Source: an uncultured Verrucomicrobiae bacterium
GTDB lineage: Bacteria; Verrucomicrobiota; Verrucomicrobiia; Opitutales; JABDGR01
Assembly (NCBI GenBank): GCA_963765205.1
Contig: CAVXVB010000005.1
Span: forward strand, 320,001-384,000
Direction of reading: 5' to 3'
DNA length: 64,000 bases
The notes beneath the pieces were generated by a model. It worked only from the letters and a program-made list of their open reading frames with translations. It did no database searches and was not told the origin of the DNA. Below are positions 27,659 through 36,436 of the stretch, in pieces. Numbering within the stretch: position 1 is the first letter of the stretch; every line of letters begins with the position of its first letter. A program made the position numbers and the translations under genes.

Positions 27659-30109
27659 CTAACTGCGAATCGTATATTTCCCGCCCGCCGTTAACGTTTG
27701 CTGAATCGCCGCGAGGGCTGTGTTCACTTCATCATCCTTGAGTGTGCGTTCGAGCGAGCGGAAGCGCAGCGCGAAGGCCAGGCTCTTTTTTCCCGGAGGC
27801 AAACCGGCGCCGGTGTAGAGGTCGAAAATCGCCACCGATTCCACCGTGAAGGCGCTGCCGGTTGCGGCGCGGGCGGCGGACTCGACTTCGCGGCGCACGG
27901 ATTCGGCGGGCGCGGTTTCGTCCACGACGAGCGCGAGGTCGCGCGTGGTCGGCGGATACGCCGAGAAGGGCTGGAAACGTGCGCGGGGTTTTAACTGCGC
28001 GAGAATGTCCGGCCGTACAAGCAATTCGCCGGCGAACACAAAACCGTCGAGGCCGTTTTCCTTCGTCAGCACCGGGCTGATGAGGCCGCATTTGATTTGA
28101 AAGCCGTTCTTTACCCAGCAGCCCGACTCGGCGGCGTGGCCGCTTTGCCACAGCGGGCGCGGGCCGATGGGTTGGAAATCCAAAGCGGCCGCATCCACGC
28201 CGAGCAAATGCGCGGCGAGTTGCGCGGCCAGGCCTTTCACGGCATAAAAATCCGGGGCCGCCGCGGGTTTCCACGAGCGCTCGCCGGTTTCACCGGGGAT
28301 GATAAAGGCGACGGCTTCCAATTCGCTGAGTTGCCCGTCGTTCTCGCGGAAGACGCGGCCGCATTCGGCGAGGCGGGGCAGGCCGTTGCCGTGGTCGGCG
28401 TTGCGCCGCAGGGCTTCGAGCAGGCCCGGCACCAGCGACGGGCGCAGGCCGCCCATTTCGGATGTGAGCGGGTTGGCGAGCGCGAGCACCGTGGCGTTGG
28501 TGTCGGCCTGCCATTTCGGGAATTCCGCGCAGTCGCGCAGCGTGTAATGCACGCATTCGGCGAATTGCCGCGCCGCGAGAAACTCCGCCGCGCGCACGCC
28601 GAACGTCCCCTGTGCGTCGTCCGCGCGGTCGGAGCCGGCGAGGGCCACAGGCGCGGCGGGAATTTTATCCGTGCCGTAAATGCGCAAAAACTCCTCGACC
28701 AAATCAATCGGTCGCGCCACTTCGCCGCGCGCGCTCGGCACGCTCACGCGCCAATGCGCGCCGGTGGCGTCGGAATGGACCGGAAACCCGAGCCGCTCAA
28801 ACACGCGGTGGATTTCTGAGTTGGAGACCGTGAAACCCAGGCGTTCGCGCACAAATTCCGGCGCGATTTCGATGACATGGCCTCCGCGTGGCGGCGCGCC
28901 ATGGACGGCGTAATGCGGTACGAGTTCGCCGCCCGCCGTCTCCAAAATCAAATCGAGCGCACGCCGCAGCGCGAGCGCGACGCCTGCGGGGTCCACGTCG
29001 CGCGCGAAACGCTGGGAACTGTCCGTATGCAGGCCGAGGAGGCGCGTGGCCTGGCGCACCGCGCCGGGGCGGAACCACGCACTTTCCAAAACAATGTCGG
29101 TAGTGCCAGAGTCCACTTCGGCGTCCACGCTGCCCATCACGCCCGCGACGACGAGCGGGCGTTCCGCGTCGGCGATGACGAGCACCGAGGGGTCGAGCGC
29201 GCGCTCCTTGCCGTCGAGCGTGGTGATTTTTTCGCCCGCCTGCGCCGCGCGCACGACGATTTCCGCGCCGCGGATTTTCGCGGCGTCAAAGGCGTGCAGC
29301 GGCTGGCCGAGTTCGAGCATGACCCAATTGGTCGCGTCCACCACGTTGTTGATCGCGCGCAGGCCGACGGCTTCGAGGTCGCGCTTGAGCCAGGCCGGGC
29401 TGGGGCCGATTTTCACGCCGCGCACGGCGGCGGCCAGATAATACGGGCAGTCCGCCGAGGTGACGCGCAGGGTCGTGAGCAAGTGGCCGGGGCCGGGCGC
29501 GGGTTGCGCGGCGGGCACGCACTTGGGCGCGGGCGGCGACAGGGGCTGGCCGTAAAGCGCGGCGAGTTCGCGCGCGACGCCGACATGGCTCCAGCAATCG
29601 CCGCGGTTCGCGGTGAGTTCGAGCGTGAAAACGGCGTCCGGCTCGGGAAATAGATTATTGATCGGCGTGCCGATTTCGGGCCGGCCTGCGAGAATCATCA
29701 GCCCGCCGTGGTCATCGCCCAGGCCGAGCTCCCTGGCGGAGCACATCATGCCGTCGCTCTCGACGCCGCGCAGCTTCGAGCGCTTGATCTTGAAATCCCC
29801 CGGCAACGCCGCGCCCGGCAGCGCGACGGGCACGCGGTCGCCCACCTTGTAGTTTTTCGCGCCGCACACGATTTGGCGCGGCGGCTCGTTCAACGCGGTT
29901 TGCACCGTGCAGACGGACAGCTTGTCCGCGTTCGGATGCTGGGCGCTCGTCAAAATCTCGCCGACGACGACCTGCGGCAGCCGCGGCAGGCCCTTGAGTT
30001 CGACGCTCTCGACCTCGTGCCCGATCATCGGCAACGCGCGGCGCAACTCCTCGGGCGAAACCGCGCCGAGGTTGACGTATTTTTTGAGCCAAGAAAGTGA
30101 AATTCGCAT
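27659..30109 (-). CDS. pheT: Phenylalanine-tRNA ligase beta subunit
   Basis: MRISLSWL, HPNADKL, IVCGAKN, NNVVDATNWVMLELGQPLHAFD, RDLALVV, KSLAF. Confidence 0.97.
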   Translation of the reverse strand: MRISLSWLKKYVNLGAVSPEELRRALPMIGHEVESVELKGLPRLPQVVVGEILTSAQHPNADKLSVCTVQTALNEPPRQIVCGAKNYKVGDRVPVALPGAALPGDFKIKRSKLRGVESDGMMCSARELGLGDDHGGLMILAGRPEIGTPINNLFPEPDAVFTLELTANRGDCWSHVGVARELAALYGQPLSPPAPKCVPAAQPAPGPGHLLTTLRVTSADCPYYLAAAVRGVKIGPSPAWLKRDLEAVGLRAINNVVDATNWVMLELGQPLHAFDAAKIRGAEIVVRAAQAGEKITTLDGKERALDPSVLVIADAERPLVVAGVMGSVDAEVDSGTTDIVLESAWFRPGAVRQATRLLGLHTDSSQRFARDVDPAGVALALRRALDLILETAGGELVPHYAVHGAPPRGGHVIEIAPEFVRERLGFTVSNSEIHRVFERLGFPVHSDATGAHWRVSVPSARGEVARPIDLVEEFLRIYGTDKIPAAPVALAGSDRADDAQGTFGVRAAEFLAARQFAECVHYTLRDCAEFPKWQADTNATVLALANPLTSEMGGLRPSLVPGLLEALRRNADHGNGLPRLAECGRVFRENDGQLSELEAVAFIIPGETGERSWKPAAAPDFYAVKGLAAQLAAHLLGVDAAALDFQPIGPRPLWQSGHAAESGCWVKNGFQIKCGLISPVLTKENGLDGFVFAGELLVRPDILAQLKPRARFQPFSAYPPTTRDLALVVDETAPAESVRREVESAARAATGSAFTVESVAIFDLYTGAGLPPGKKSLAFALRFRSLERTLKDDEVNTALAAIQQTLTAGGKYTIRS

Positions 30110-30194
30110 AAACAATGAAGCAAAGCGCAAATAGTGTCCGGGAAGCAAGCTTCCGATGATTTGTCTCAGGCCATCGAGATGAATGGGCAGCTAT

Positions 30195-31154
30195 TCAGGT
30201 CCGGAACTGTTTTTTCCGCTCCAAAAGCTGCAACTGTGCTTCGTATTCTTCTTGGTGCCCGTTGGCTTCGTAGGCAAAGAAATCCTCGCCGTTCATTCCG
30301 GGATACAGGGCCGCCAATTTGGAGATAGATTTCACGGCCATCCGATAGTAGTCGGGGTCAATTTCGATGCCAATCGCCTGATGTCCCAGGGCCACCGCCG
30401 CCGCAATTGTCGAACCCGAACCCATGAATGGGTCGAGGATGACGCCTTCGCCCAACGGGAGAAGCGCGCGGATAAAAATTCGAAGCAGGTGTTGCGGTTT
30501 GAGCGAGGGATGATCGGCAATGGCACGCTCTCTGGCCGGGGTCTTGAAGCTCGGGATCACGTCGGGCAGCGGTTTTTCTCCCGCCAACATGCGCAAGCCG
30601 CCGGTGCCCCATTTGCGCAAATTTTGGGCCACGGTCCGCTCGGAAATCGGTTTGCGGAAGAGCATCCACGGTTCGTAATTGCCGCGCGGGGTGACGCAGA
30701 CTTGCGGGAATTCCGATTCCGCGTTTTTCGGCCGGTCGCCTCCGCGAAACCCATGATAAAGACGCAAAATGGTCGCCCGGCTTTCAAAGCCTTCCCGCAC
30801 CAGTGCGTTTTGCACATACATTTGCAGGGTGGAGTTGCTGGCAATCAACAAATGGCCGCCGGGCCTGATTTTCGGCCCCAGCACATGCGCCCACTGGTGG
30901 AAAAAATCCTCAATGGCTTGCTTTTGCTCCGCGGTCAGGATCGTAAAGCGGGGCAACGGGCGGCGTTTACAGCCATCCCAATCGGGTGGCAGCCGCCAAA
31001 TTCCCCCTTTGCCCTGCCGCAATTTCACCACCTCCTCGGCGGAAAATTCGACGAGGCCGTAGGGCGGATCGGTGCAGACTGCGTGCAAGGAGTCCGCCTC
31101 GAGCAAGCGGATGTGCTCCAGGCACTCGCCGAGGATTAATTTGGGAAAAGTCAT
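30195..31154 (-). CDS. Site-specific DNA methyltransferase (N4C/N6A, beta class)
   Basis: TDPPY (motif IV) N-terminal; HPSLKP and ILDPFMGSGST (motif I) C-terminal. Confidence 0.92.
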   Translation of the reverse strand: MTFPKLILGECLEHIRLLEADSLHAVCTDPPYGLVEFSAEEVVKLRQGKGGIWRLPPDWDGCKRRPLPRFTILTAEQKQAIEDFFHQWAHVLGPKIRPGGHLLIASNSTLQMYVQNALVREGFESRATILRLYHGFRGGDRPKNAESEFPQVCVTPRGNYEPWMLFRKPISERTVAQNLRKWGTGGLRMLAGEKPLPDVIPSFKTPARERAIADHPSLKPQHLLRIFIRALLPLGEGVILDPFMGSGSTIAAAVALGHQAIGIEIDPDYYRMAVKSISKLAALYPGMNGEDFFAYEANGHQEEYEAQLQLLERKKQFRT

Positions 31155-31155
31155 A

Positions 31156-31173
31156 TTTCAACTATAGTTGAAA
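31156..31173. promoter_or_regulatory. Perfect 18-bp palindrome (C-box-like operator) overlapping the MTase -10 box
   Basis: TTTCAACTATAGTTGAAA; minus-strand TTGACA-18-TATAGT promoter. Confidence 0.7.
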
Positions 31174-31212
31174 GACAAGCAGGCTGTCAACTGATAGAAT
31201 CCACGTTTTTCC

Positions 31213-32106
31213 ATGGAAGCCAAGTCCGCAATCGGAGCCACCATTCGCCAGTTGCGCGAAGCCGCGGACCTATCGCAAGAGCGCCTGGCGGAACGCGCCG
31301 GCATCACCTATCAATATCTTTCCGCGGTCGAAAACGGCAAAGAAAACCTTTCCCTCGGCATCCTGGAGGCCTTGGCCAATGGACTGGGTTTGAGCCTGCC
31401 GGCCTTGGTGGAGCGCGCATTTGAGTCGCCGCGCATGATGCCATTGGTTCAGCGGCAATTTTTCATTGAGAAGGCTCCTTTACCGCCGCGCTTGACCATA
31501 TCGGGCGTGGAAGCTGCCTTGAATGAGACCCACAAAATCATCCGGCTCATCAATACGACCCTGACCAAGGTGGCTGAACGGCCGCTGTCAGCCTACATCC
31601 AGGGGAATAATTTTAGCGGAATTGTTTCCAACATCCTTTGCGATGCTTTGTCGCGGCTCACGCCCTATAAGCACAATCATGACCAACGCTATCCCGATCT
31701 CGTCTGTAAAACGGACAAAGGGAGCACGGTGGCCGGGTTGGAAATCAAAACCACCATTCGCCCGGGCAAGGGCGGCGAAAGCCATAATGGACATTCCGGC
31801 TGGCACATGGTGGCCTGTTTTTCGCTGGACAAGACGTTGGGCGACATTCGATTCATCCACATCATGTTCGCGGAGTTGATCGGCCACGGCAAACCCAAGG
31901 CGGACTGGAAATATGTTGGGAGCAAAGTCAACGAGGACACGGGAAGTCAGCGGACGGAGACTTACACAACCACCCCGGCGGGCACGGCCAAGCTAAGACA
32001 CGGCACCGTTTATCTGGATACGTCCATCATAAATGTTGCCCGCTGGCGCACTGATTCATCATTGCCAGCGCCAGTCTATTCGCCGTTCCGTAAAAACCAA
32101 AAATAA
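31213..32106 (+). CDS. XRE/controller HTH fused to a putative PD-(D/E)xK restriction endonuclease
   Basis: LSQERLAERAGITYQYLSAVENGKENLSL; YPDLVCK...GLEIKTT; divergent from the MTase. Confidence 0.75.
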   Translation: MEAKSAIGATIRQLREAADLSQERLAERAGITYQYLSAVENGKENLSLGILEALANGLGLSLPALVERAFESPRMMPLVQRQFFIEKAPLPPRLTISGVEAALNETHKIIRLINTTLTKVAERPLSAYIQGNNFSGIVSNILCDALSRLTPYKHNHDQRYPDLVCKTDKGSTVAGLEIKTTIRPGKGGESHNGHSGWHMVACFSLDKTLGDIRFIHIMFAELIGHGKPKADWKYVGSKVNEDTGSQRTETYTTTPAGTAKLRHGTVYLDTSIINVARWRTDSSLPAPVYSPFRKNQK

Positions 32107-32231
32107 CGGTATGTTTTATATCAACAAGGTATTTTATCATTACCAAGCCTCCTTTAAATGAAAAAGTGGAATGGCGCGTCAGGCTATCATAAGTAAGTGG
32201 CATATTATGATTTACGCTCATTTTGAATTTT

Positions 32232-32849
32232 ATGGATAACGTCTATTCCCCGTTTTTTGACTCAAAGGAGGGATCTTCGGATGCTATTAAAGACCCGTTG
32301 TTGCGACCGCTTTGGACCGATATGTGTAAATGCGAAGAATTGATGCAAAAGCATCAAGATGAATTTTCAAGGCGCACATATGTTCGAGCGAGCTTCGCGT
32401 TCTTAGAAGGATTCCTCTTTATAGTTAAAAAGCAATTCCTCCAATGGTTAATTCAAAAAGGTATGAGAGATAATAATTTGGAAATTTCCAAAATTGAGCT
32501 CTTGGGTGATTTGTCGCTCCGTGCTGGTAGAACCGGGAAAATCGAATCTGAATCCAACCGGATGCCCTTTCTTAACTATTGTGCTTTAATTCTTCGGACA
32601 GGTGCCGAATGTGTCGGAATGGAACCAGCGGCAATTTTTTCTGATAATGGATGGATGAGCTTACAAAAGGCATTGGCAGTTCGCCATCGCATCACACATC
32701 CTAAACAGCCAAGCGACCTTGACGTATCCCTAGATGACGTAATGGCGTGTAACAAATCCATCCGGTGGCTTTATAATAGCTTGATAGACCTTATGTCACA
32801 TGGAGCAGAATCCGGCAATCTTCACTTTAACTCTGACGTACAAGGGTAA
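32232..32849 (+). CDS. Hypothetical protein, HEPN-like
   Basis: AT-rich, helical; RRTYVRASFAFLEG and RHRITH (RX4H). Confidence 0.55.
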   Translation: MDNVYSPFFDSKEGSSDAIKDPLLRPLWTDMCKCEELMQKHQDEFSRRTYVRASFAFLEGFLFIVKKQFLQWLIQKGMRDNNLEISKIELLGDLSLRAGRTGKIESESNRMPFLNYCALILRTGAECVGMEPAAIFSDNGWMSLQKALAVRHRITHPKQPSDLDVSLDDVMACNKSIRWLYNSLIDLMSHGAESGNLHFNSDVQG

Positions 32850-32866
32850 TCTTGTATATTAGTCCC

Positions 32867-33907
32867 TCATGCGAATTGGCGCAGAAAACGCAAATCGTTC
32901 TGATAAAAATGCCGCAGGTCGTCCTGGCCGGCGCAGACCATGGCGATGCGTTCGAGGCCGAAGCCAAAGGCGTAGCCGGTCCACTCCGCGGGGTTCAATC
33001 CGACGGCGTGGAAGACCTCGGGGTCCACCACGCCGCAGCCGCCGAGTTCGAGCCATTTGCCGGAGAGTTTGCCCAAATCCGGCGAGGTGAAATCCATCTC
33101 GAAACTCGGCTCGGTGAAGGGGAAAAACGACGGGCGCAGGCGGATTTGCGCGCCCGCGCCAAACAGCCCGCGCACGAGGTAATCCAGCGCGGCCTTCAAA
33201 TCCACGACCGTCACGCGCCGGTCCACGCACAGGCCCTCGACCTGGTGGAAATTCGCGCTGTGGGTGGCGTCCACGTTGTCGCGGCGGAAGACGCGGCCGG
33301 GCGCGAGGATGCGCAGCGGCGGCTTTTCCTTGAGCAGCGTGCGGATTTGCACGGTCGAGGTGTGCGAGCGCAGGAGGTAGCGCTCCTGGCCGTGGCGCGA
33401 AACATTGCCGACGGGCGTTGCAGCGGGGAGGTAAAACGTGTCCTGCTCGTTGCGCGCGGGGTGGTTGGGCGGCGTGTTGAGCGCGTCGAAGTTGAACCAC
33501 TCGGTTTCGAGTTCCGACCCCTCGGCGATGGTGAAGCCGATCTTGCGGAAGAGGGCGCAGACCTCGCGGCGCGTGCGCGTGAGCGGGTGCAGCAGGCCGG
33601 GCGCGGCGTCCGGCGCGGGCAAGGTCGGGTCCACGGGCGGGCCGAGGCGGGCGGTCAGCGCGGCGGCGTCGAGCCGCGCGAGCGTTTCGGCGAAAAGCTT
33701 TTCAAACTCCTGCTTGTATTGGTTGATGAGGCGGCCGGCGGCGGGCTTTTCCGCCGGGGGCAGGGTGCCCATGATCCGCATCGAGCCGGTGAAGGAACCC
33801 TTCGGGCCGACGTAGCGGGCCTTGAACGCCTCGAAATCCGGGCGCGAGGCGAGGGCCGGCGCGGCGGCGCGGGCTTCGGCGAGGAGGGCGGCAAGGGCGG
33901 GTTCCAT
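32867..33907 (-). CDS. pheS: Phenylalanine-tRNA ligase alpha subunit
   Basis: NFDALNTPPNHPAR, LLRSHTSTVQIR, DATHSANFHQVEG, RPSFFPFTEPS, GYAFGFGLERIAM. Confidence 0.97.
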   Translation of the reverse strand: MEPALAALLAEARAAAPALASRPDFEAFKARYVGPKGSFTGSMRIMGTLPPAEKPAAGRLINQYKQEFEKLFAETLARLDAAALTARLGPPVDPTLPAPDAAPGLLHPLTRTRREVCALFRKIGFTIAEGSELETEWFNFDALNTPPNHPARNEQDTFYLPAATPVGNVSRHGQERYLLRSHTSTVQIRTLLKEKPPLRILAPGRVFRRDNVDATHSANFHQVEGLCVDRRVTVVDLKAALDYLVRGLFGAGAQIRLRPSFFPFTEPSFEMDFTSPDLGKLSGKWLELGGCGVVDPEVFHAVGLNPAEWTGYAFGFGLERIAMVCAGQDDLRHFYQNDLRFLRQFA

Positions 33908-34091
33908 AAGTAGAATGGAAAATGGAAGATGGAAAATGGAAAAGCAACTGACTGAATATCAGTTGGACGGCAGTTGCCTCTTAATCAATTGGCCAGAAAT
34001 TGAGGCATGGGGCAAGCATGTCCGGGCATTCAGCCCGAAAAGGTTGGGAACCGCAAATGCGTCCTGCGAAAGGACGCGGGGGCCGTTGGTC

Positions 34092-34469
34092 CTACGCCTT
34101 GGCCGGGGCGGCGAGGGCGGCCTTCGCCTGCTCGAAAATCTTGGTGAAGGCGGCGCTGTCGTGGATGGCGAGTTCGCTGAGGGCTTTGCGGTCGAGGCCG
34201 ATTTTGGCGGCCTTCAGGCCGGCGATAAATCGGCTGTAGGTCAGCCCGCCGCCCGCGGCGCGCACGGCGGCGTTGATGCGGATGATCCACAGGCTGCGGA
34301 AGTCGCCCTTCTTGCGTTTGCGGTGCTTGTAGGCATACTGCCCGGAGCGCGCGAGGGCGTCCTTGGCGTAACGATACAACTTCGACTTGTTGCCGAAGTA
34401 GCCCTTGGTTTTCCGCAGCGTGCGCTTGCGGCGCGCTTTGGTGTAAACGGCGTTGGTGACACGAGGCAT
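34092..34469 (-). CDS. rplT: 50S ribosomal protein L20
   Basis: MPRVTNAV...KGYFG...RKKGDFRSLWIIRINAA...LDRKALSELAI. Confidence 0.97.
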   Translation of the reverse strand: MPRVTNAVYTKARRKRTLRKTKGYFGNKSKLYRYAKDALARSGQYAYKHRKRKKGDFRSLWIIRINAAVRAAGGGLTYSRFIAGLKAAKIGLDRKALSELAIHDSAAFTKIFEQAKAALAAPAKA

Positions 34470-34479
34470 GGCAAAAGGG

Positions 34480-34603
34480 AATTAAGAATTAGGAATTAAG
34501 AATTAAGAAGTAAAGAATGGAAGATAAAAAAAGAAGAGACTGGCGGCGGGCTATATTGGGCAAGGGAAGTCATTTTTCCATTTTCCATCTTTCATTTTCC
34601 ATT
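34480..34603. repeat. Heptamer arrays (AATTAAG and TTTTCCA types) between rpmI and rplT
   Basis: aattaag aattagg aattaag aattaag; ttttcca ttttcca tctttca ttttcca. Confidence 0.75.
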
Positions 34604-34609
34604 CTGTGT

Positions 34610-34804
34610 TCAGAATGAGTGCGGCATGGCCATGCGGACGAAGCGGGCGACGCCGGCGGAGACGGGCTTGTCGTTGCGGGACTGGCGCTTCTGCTTCTTG
34701 GACTTGGCGCCCAGCAGATGGCGGCGCCCCGGCGTGCGGCGCAGGATTTTGCCGCGGCCGGTGATTTTGAAACGCTTGGCGATGGACTTTTTGGTTTTAC
34801 GCAT
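34610..34804 (-). CDS. rpmI: 50S ribosomal protein L35
   Basis: KTKKSIAKRFKITGRGKILR...RHLL. Confidence 0.95.
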   Translation of the reverse strand: MRKTKKSIAKRFKITGRGKILRRTPGRRHLLGAKSKKQKRQSRNDKPVSAGVARFVRMAMPHSF

Positions 34805-34928
34805 GACGGGAAAGACTGCCGAGAGGGTGGAAACCGGCTAACAAACCATGTTTGGGCGCGGGTGTAAAGGGTAAAAGGCGGATATTCGGACGGTTGACAG
34901 GGCCGACGCCGCCTGCGAGAATTGGCCC

Positions 34929-35126
34929 ATGAAATTCCGCGTCATCATTGAACCGGACGAAGACGGGGTCTTTGTGGCTGAATGCCCCAACCTGCCCGGC
35001 TGCATTTCCCAGGGCCGCACCCGCGAAGAGGCCGTGACCAACATCAAGGACGCGATTCAGGGATACTTGACGAGCCTCAAAAAACACCGCGAGCCAATCA
35101 TGTTTGGGCACGGGTGTAACTGGTAA
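34929..35126 (+). CDS. Orphan HicB family antitoxin, probably C-terminally truncated
   Basis: EPDEDGVFVAECPNLPGCISQGRTREEAVTNIKDAI; flanked by 28-bp imperfect direct repeats. Confidence 0.8.
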   Translation: MKFRVIIEPDEDGVFVAECPNLPGCISQGRTREEAVTNIKDAIQGYLTSLKKHREPIMFGHGCNW

Positions 35127-35182
35127 GTTTCCCGAACCGTGGGCAAGCAGCTTTTCTCGATTTCTTGGGCTGGGGAAATCCG

Positions 35183-35393
35183 GGCCTCGCGGAGCGAGGC
35201 CGCGATATTAGCCGGGGGTTTCAACCCCCGGACCGGGGCAACGGGGAACCGCGTCGCGTAGCGACGCTTGAAGGAAGTGCAGCAATGTATTTGAACGCAA
35301 ACTCAGGCGTCGCTACGCGACGCATTGTGGGTGAGATTCCGTTCCCGTGGACTGAAGTCCACGGCTACTATCATTGCCTCGCTACGCGAGGCC
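35183..35393. repeat. Composite palindromic REP/REPIN-like element
   Basis: Nested hairpins ggcctcgcggagcgaggcc, ccgggggtttcaacccccgg and gcgtcgcgtagcgacgc, followed by inverted counterparts. Confidence 0.7.
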
Positions 35394-35593
35394 AAGGCGC
35401 GCAATGTGAACGCACAAATGTCAAAAAGTGAGCATAGCCACACGGCTGTGTTCAAAGCGTCGCTCCACGAGGGAAAAGGGTGAAGTATTCGTTTGAATGA
35501 GGCCCTGCTGTTTTGGGATGGCCTTAATTTGAAACATGTCGCTGAAAAAGGGGTTACTTAATCTGTCGGGATCCCCCCTTAATTGCAAAGTTA

Positions 35594-36244
35594 ATGAAGC
35601 CTAAGCACTTCCTCCTGGCTTTCTTTATCGTCGCTATTGTGGGCGTTGGCATTTGGTGGTTTGCCCAGCCAAAGCCGACGCCGCTGGAAAAAACCGCCGA
35701 CTCGAAGTCACCCGCATCGGGCAACATTGCCGCGCCCAAGCCTGCGCCGACCCAAATTGCCGCGCCGATTACGCCCCCGGCGGCGAAATCCAGCACGGCC
35801 CCGCCAGACGGCGGGTCGGAGCCGGACAAAGGCGACCCACACGCCGAATTGAGCACGGCGATTAATGATATCTCCAGCCGACTTTTGTCGGGAGATTTGT
35901 ATTCGGTGGAAACAAATTATTCCTTGCCGGAGGTGCTCGCCAAAATTCCGCCCGAAGAACTGGCGAATCTGCAGGAATTGCAAACCGCCTTGGACAGTTC
36001 TCCACAACCTGTGCGAAGGCTGCAAAACTATGCACAAGTTTACCAAACCCTTGAAGGTCAGACTCCCGAAATGAACGCCGCTGGTGACGAGGCCACTTAC
36101 CAAGTGACGCCCCCACGCGGAATGGCCGGCGACCCCGTGAGCGGCAGTCCCGTGACGCTCCCGACACTGACGGTCACATTCCAGAAAATTGACGGCAAAT
36201 GGTATATCAAACGCGGCCCAGGCGGATTGTCCGCCCCACATTGA
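35594..36244 (+). CDS. Hypothetical membrane-anchored exported protein
   Basis: N-terminal TM, Pro/Ala linker, C-terminal FQKIDGKWY. Confidence 0.7.
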   Translation: MKPKHFLLAFFIVAIVGVGIWWFAQPKPTPLEKTADSKSPASGNIAAPKPAPTQIAAPITPPAAKSSTAPPDGGSEPDKGDPHAELSTAINDISSRLLSGDLYSVETNYSLPEVLAKIPPEELANLQELQTALDSSPQPVRRLQNYAQVYQTLEGQTPEMNAAGDEATYQVTPPRGMAGDPVSGSPVTLPTLTVTFQKIDGKWYIKRGPGGLSAPH

Positions 36245-36297
36245 GGGACACCGGCATGCGACTACGATGCTGGGTTGCGCCAAGGCTGCGGATGCTC

Positions 36298-36323
36298 GGA
36301 CGCCTCGGAGAGGCGTCCCTACC
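36298..36323. repeat. REP-like palindrome
   Basis: Exact reverse complement of 20758-20783. Confidence 0.7.
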
Positions 36324-36436
36324 ATTGCGGGGGATGTAGCGGGCGTTGTTTCCGCCAGCGCAGTCCTATCCTTGCCAAACGCCGTCCGCCTGTTCATGCT
36401 CGCAGGTTTCGCCCCTGATTGGGGGCTGGCCGCGCC

